Of a DNA stretch of 64,000 nt, positions 61,169 to 64,000 are shown in pieces. Where the stretch lies: the NCBI GenBank assembly GCA_964016885.1, contig OZ024748.1, forward strand, positions 35,216,001-35,280,000, given 5' to 3'. Origin of the DNA: Eledone cirrhosa (taxonomy: Eukaryota). A program made the position numbers and the translations under genes. The notes under the pieces are model-generated. The model saw nothing but the letters and a program-made list of their open reading frames with translations, was not told where the DNA came from and made no database searches. Each line of letters opens with the position of its first letter. Positions within the stretch are counted from its first letter, which is position 1.

Positions 61169-64000
61169 GACTCTACACCCTAGTTTGTGTGGTATACCTC
61201 AACGGTGACAGACTCTACACTCCCAGACTAGGTCGTATACCACAGCTGTGGTAGGGAGTGACAGACTCTACACCCCAGACTAGGTGGTATATCTCAGTTG
61301 TGGTAGGGTGTGGTAGACCCTACACCCTAGTCTAGGTGGTATATTTCAGCTGTGGTAGGAAGTGAGAGTCTCTACATCCCACTCTAGGTGGTATATCTCA
61401 GCTGTGGTAGGGAGTGAGAGACTCTACACCACAGTCTAGGTGGTATATCTTACATGTGGTAGGGAGTGACAGACTCTACACCCCACTCTAGGTGGTATAT
61501 CTCAGCTGTGGTAGTGAGTGACAGACGCTACAGCCCAGTCTAGGTGGTATATCTCAGCTGTGGGAGGGTGTGACAATGTCTACACCCCAGTCTATGTGGT
61601 ATATCTCAGCTGTTGTAGGGAGTGACAGACTCTACACCCCCAGTCTAGGTGGTATACCACAGCTGTGGTGGGGAGTGACAGACTCTACACCCCTGTCTAG
61701 GTGGTATATCTCAGCTGTGGTAGGGAGTGACAGACTCTACACCCCAGTCTAGGTGGTATATCTCAGCTGTGGTAGGCTGTGGTTGAATCTACACCCTAGT
61801 CTAGGCGGTAGATCACAGCTGTGGTAGGGTGTAGTAGACTCTACACCCTAGTCTAGGTGGTAGATTTCAGATGTGGTAGGGAGTGACAGACTCTACACCC
61901 TAGTCTAGGTGGTATATCTCAGCTGTGGGAGGGAGCGACAGACTCTACACCCCAGTCTATGTGGTAGATCTCAGCTGTGGTAGGGTGTGATAGACTCTAC
62001 ACCCAGTATAAATGGTATATCCCAGCTGTGGTAGGGTGTGGTAGATTCTACACACCAGTCTAGGTGGTATATCTCAGCTGGGGTACGGAGTGATAGACTC
62101 TACACCCCAGTCTTAGTGGTATATCACAACTGTGGTAGGGAGTGGTAGACACTACACCCCAGTCCATGTGGTATGTCTTACATCTGGTAAGGAGTGACAA
62201 ACTCTACACCCCAGTCCAGGTGGTATATCTCCTCTGTGGTAGGCAGTGATAGTCTCTACATCCCATTCTAGGTGGTATATCTCAGCTGTGGTAGCGAGTG
62301 ACAGACTCTACACCCCAGGCTAGATGGTATATCTTACATCTGGTAGGGAGTGACAGACTCTACACCCTAGTCTAGGTGGTATATCTTACATGTGGTAGGG
62401 TGTGACAAACTCTACACTCCAGTCTAGGTGCTATATCTCAGCTGTGGGAGGGAGTGACAGACTCTACACCCCAGTCTATGTGGTATATCTCAGCTGTTGT
62501 AGGGAGTGACAGACTCTACCCCCTAGTTATTGTGCTATAGCTCAACTGTGACAGGCTCTACACCCCCAGTCTAGGTGGTATATTTCAGCTGTGGTAGGAA
62601 ATGACAGACTCTACATCCCACTCTAGGTGGTATATCTCAACTGTGGTAGGGAGTGAAAAACTCTGCATCCCAATCTAGGTGGTATATCTCAGTTGTGGTA
62701 GTGAGTGACAGACTTTACACCCCAGTCTAGGTGGTATATCTCAGCTGTGGTAGGGTGTGATAGACTCTACAGCCAGTCTAGATGGTATATCTCAGCTGTG
62801 GTAGGGAGTGACAGACTCTACATCACAGTCTAGGTGGTATATCTTTCATGTGGTAGGGAGTGACAGACTCTACACCCGACTCTAGGTGGTATATCTCAGC
62901 TGTGTTAGTGAGTGACAAACTCTACACCCCCGTCTATTTGGTATATCTCAGCTGTGGTAGGGTGTGGTAGACTCTACACCCTAGTCTAGCTGGTAGATCT
63001 CAGATGTGGTAGGGAGTGACAGACTCTACATCCCAGTCTAGGTGGTATATCTCAGCTGGAGTACGGAGTGACAGACTCTACATCCCATTCTAGGTGGTAT
63101 ATCTTACATGTGTTAGGATGTGACAAACTCTACACCCCAGTCTAAGTGGTATATCTCAGCTGTGGTTGGGAGTTGCAGACTCTACACCCCAGTCTAGTTG
63201 GTATATCTCAGCTGTCGTATGGAGTGACAGAGTCTCTACCCCAGTCTAGGTGGTATATTTCAGTGTGTGGTAGGAAGTGACACACTCTACATCCCACTCT
63301 AGGTGGTATATCTCAGGTGTGGGAGGGAGTAACAGACTCTACACCCCAGTCTAGGTGGTATACCTCAGCTGTGGTAGGGAGTGAAAGACTCAGCACCCCA
63401 GTCTAGGTGGTATATCTCAGCTGTGGTAGACTCTACATCCAAGTCTAGCTGGTATATCTCAGCTGTGGTAATGAAGTGACAGACTCTACACCCCACTCAA
63501 ATGGTATACCGCAGCTGTGGTAGTGAGTGATAGCCTCTACACACCCTCTAGGTTGTATATCTCAGCTGTGGTAGGGTGTGGTAGACCCTACATTCTAGTC
63601 TATGTGGTATATCTCAGCTGTTGTAGGGAGTGGTAAACATTACACCCCAGTCTAGGTGGTATATATCAGCTGTGGTAGGGAGTGACAGACTCTATACCCT
63701 AGTTTGCTTTGTATACCTCAACTGTGACAGACTCTACACCCCAGTCTAGGTGGTATACCTCAGCTGTGGTAGGGAGTGAAAGACTCAGCACCCCAGTCTA
63801 GGTGGTATATCTCAGCTGTGGTAGACTCTACATCCAAGTCTAGCTGGTATATCTCAGCTGTGGTAATGAAGTGACAGACTCTACACCCCACTCAAATGGT
63901 ATACCGCAGCTGTGGTAGTGAGTGATAGCCTCTACACACCCTCTAGGTTGTATATCTCAGCTGTGGTAGGGTGTGGTAGACCCTACATTCTAGTCTATGT
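61169..64000. repeat. 52-bp satellite array, continuation with more diverged monomers
   Basis: The monomer resumes in register (cagact|LTR element|gactctacaccc) and runs off the window end. Confidence 0.98.

Noticed and set aside
15731-64000. CRISPR-like array
   Set aside because: Contiguous monomers with no unique spacers, eukaryotic context and no cas genes.
15731-64000. Telomeric or centromeric identity of the array
   Set aside because: Only one TAGGG per monomer and no (TTAGGG)n; centromere function cannot be read from sequence.

Overview
Animal genomic DNA. The AT-rich introns and the SINE/RTE repertoire suggest a mollusc, probably a cephalopod (inference only). Positions 1-15.7 kb hold a complete 8-exon cyclin B gene on the minus strand (ATG 14699, stop 4999, about 386 aa, all introns phase 0). 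It has a vertebrate-style G2/M promoter (two CCAAT boxes 32 bp apart plus CDE/CHR) and a CPE/Pumilio-rich 3' UTR. Its introns and flanks carry tRNA-derived SINEs, an RTE LINE 3' fragment, piggyBac-like MITEs, a probable Helitron, two minisatellites and a (TA)n-flanked element with a degenerate hammerhead ribozyme fold. About 1 kb upstream of the start codon a 52-bp satellite array begins and runs to the window end (more than 46 kb, roughly 890 monomers by length). The array has nested higher-order repeats, recent 2.1-kb and 5.5-kb tandem duplications, and a monomer that resembles a tRNA 5' half. It is interrupted by a young 2,096-bp non-coding LTR retroelement (366-bp LTRs, tRNA-Trp PBS, PPT, 4-bp TSD, non-canonical TG...TA ends). 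All counts and alignments were done by eye.
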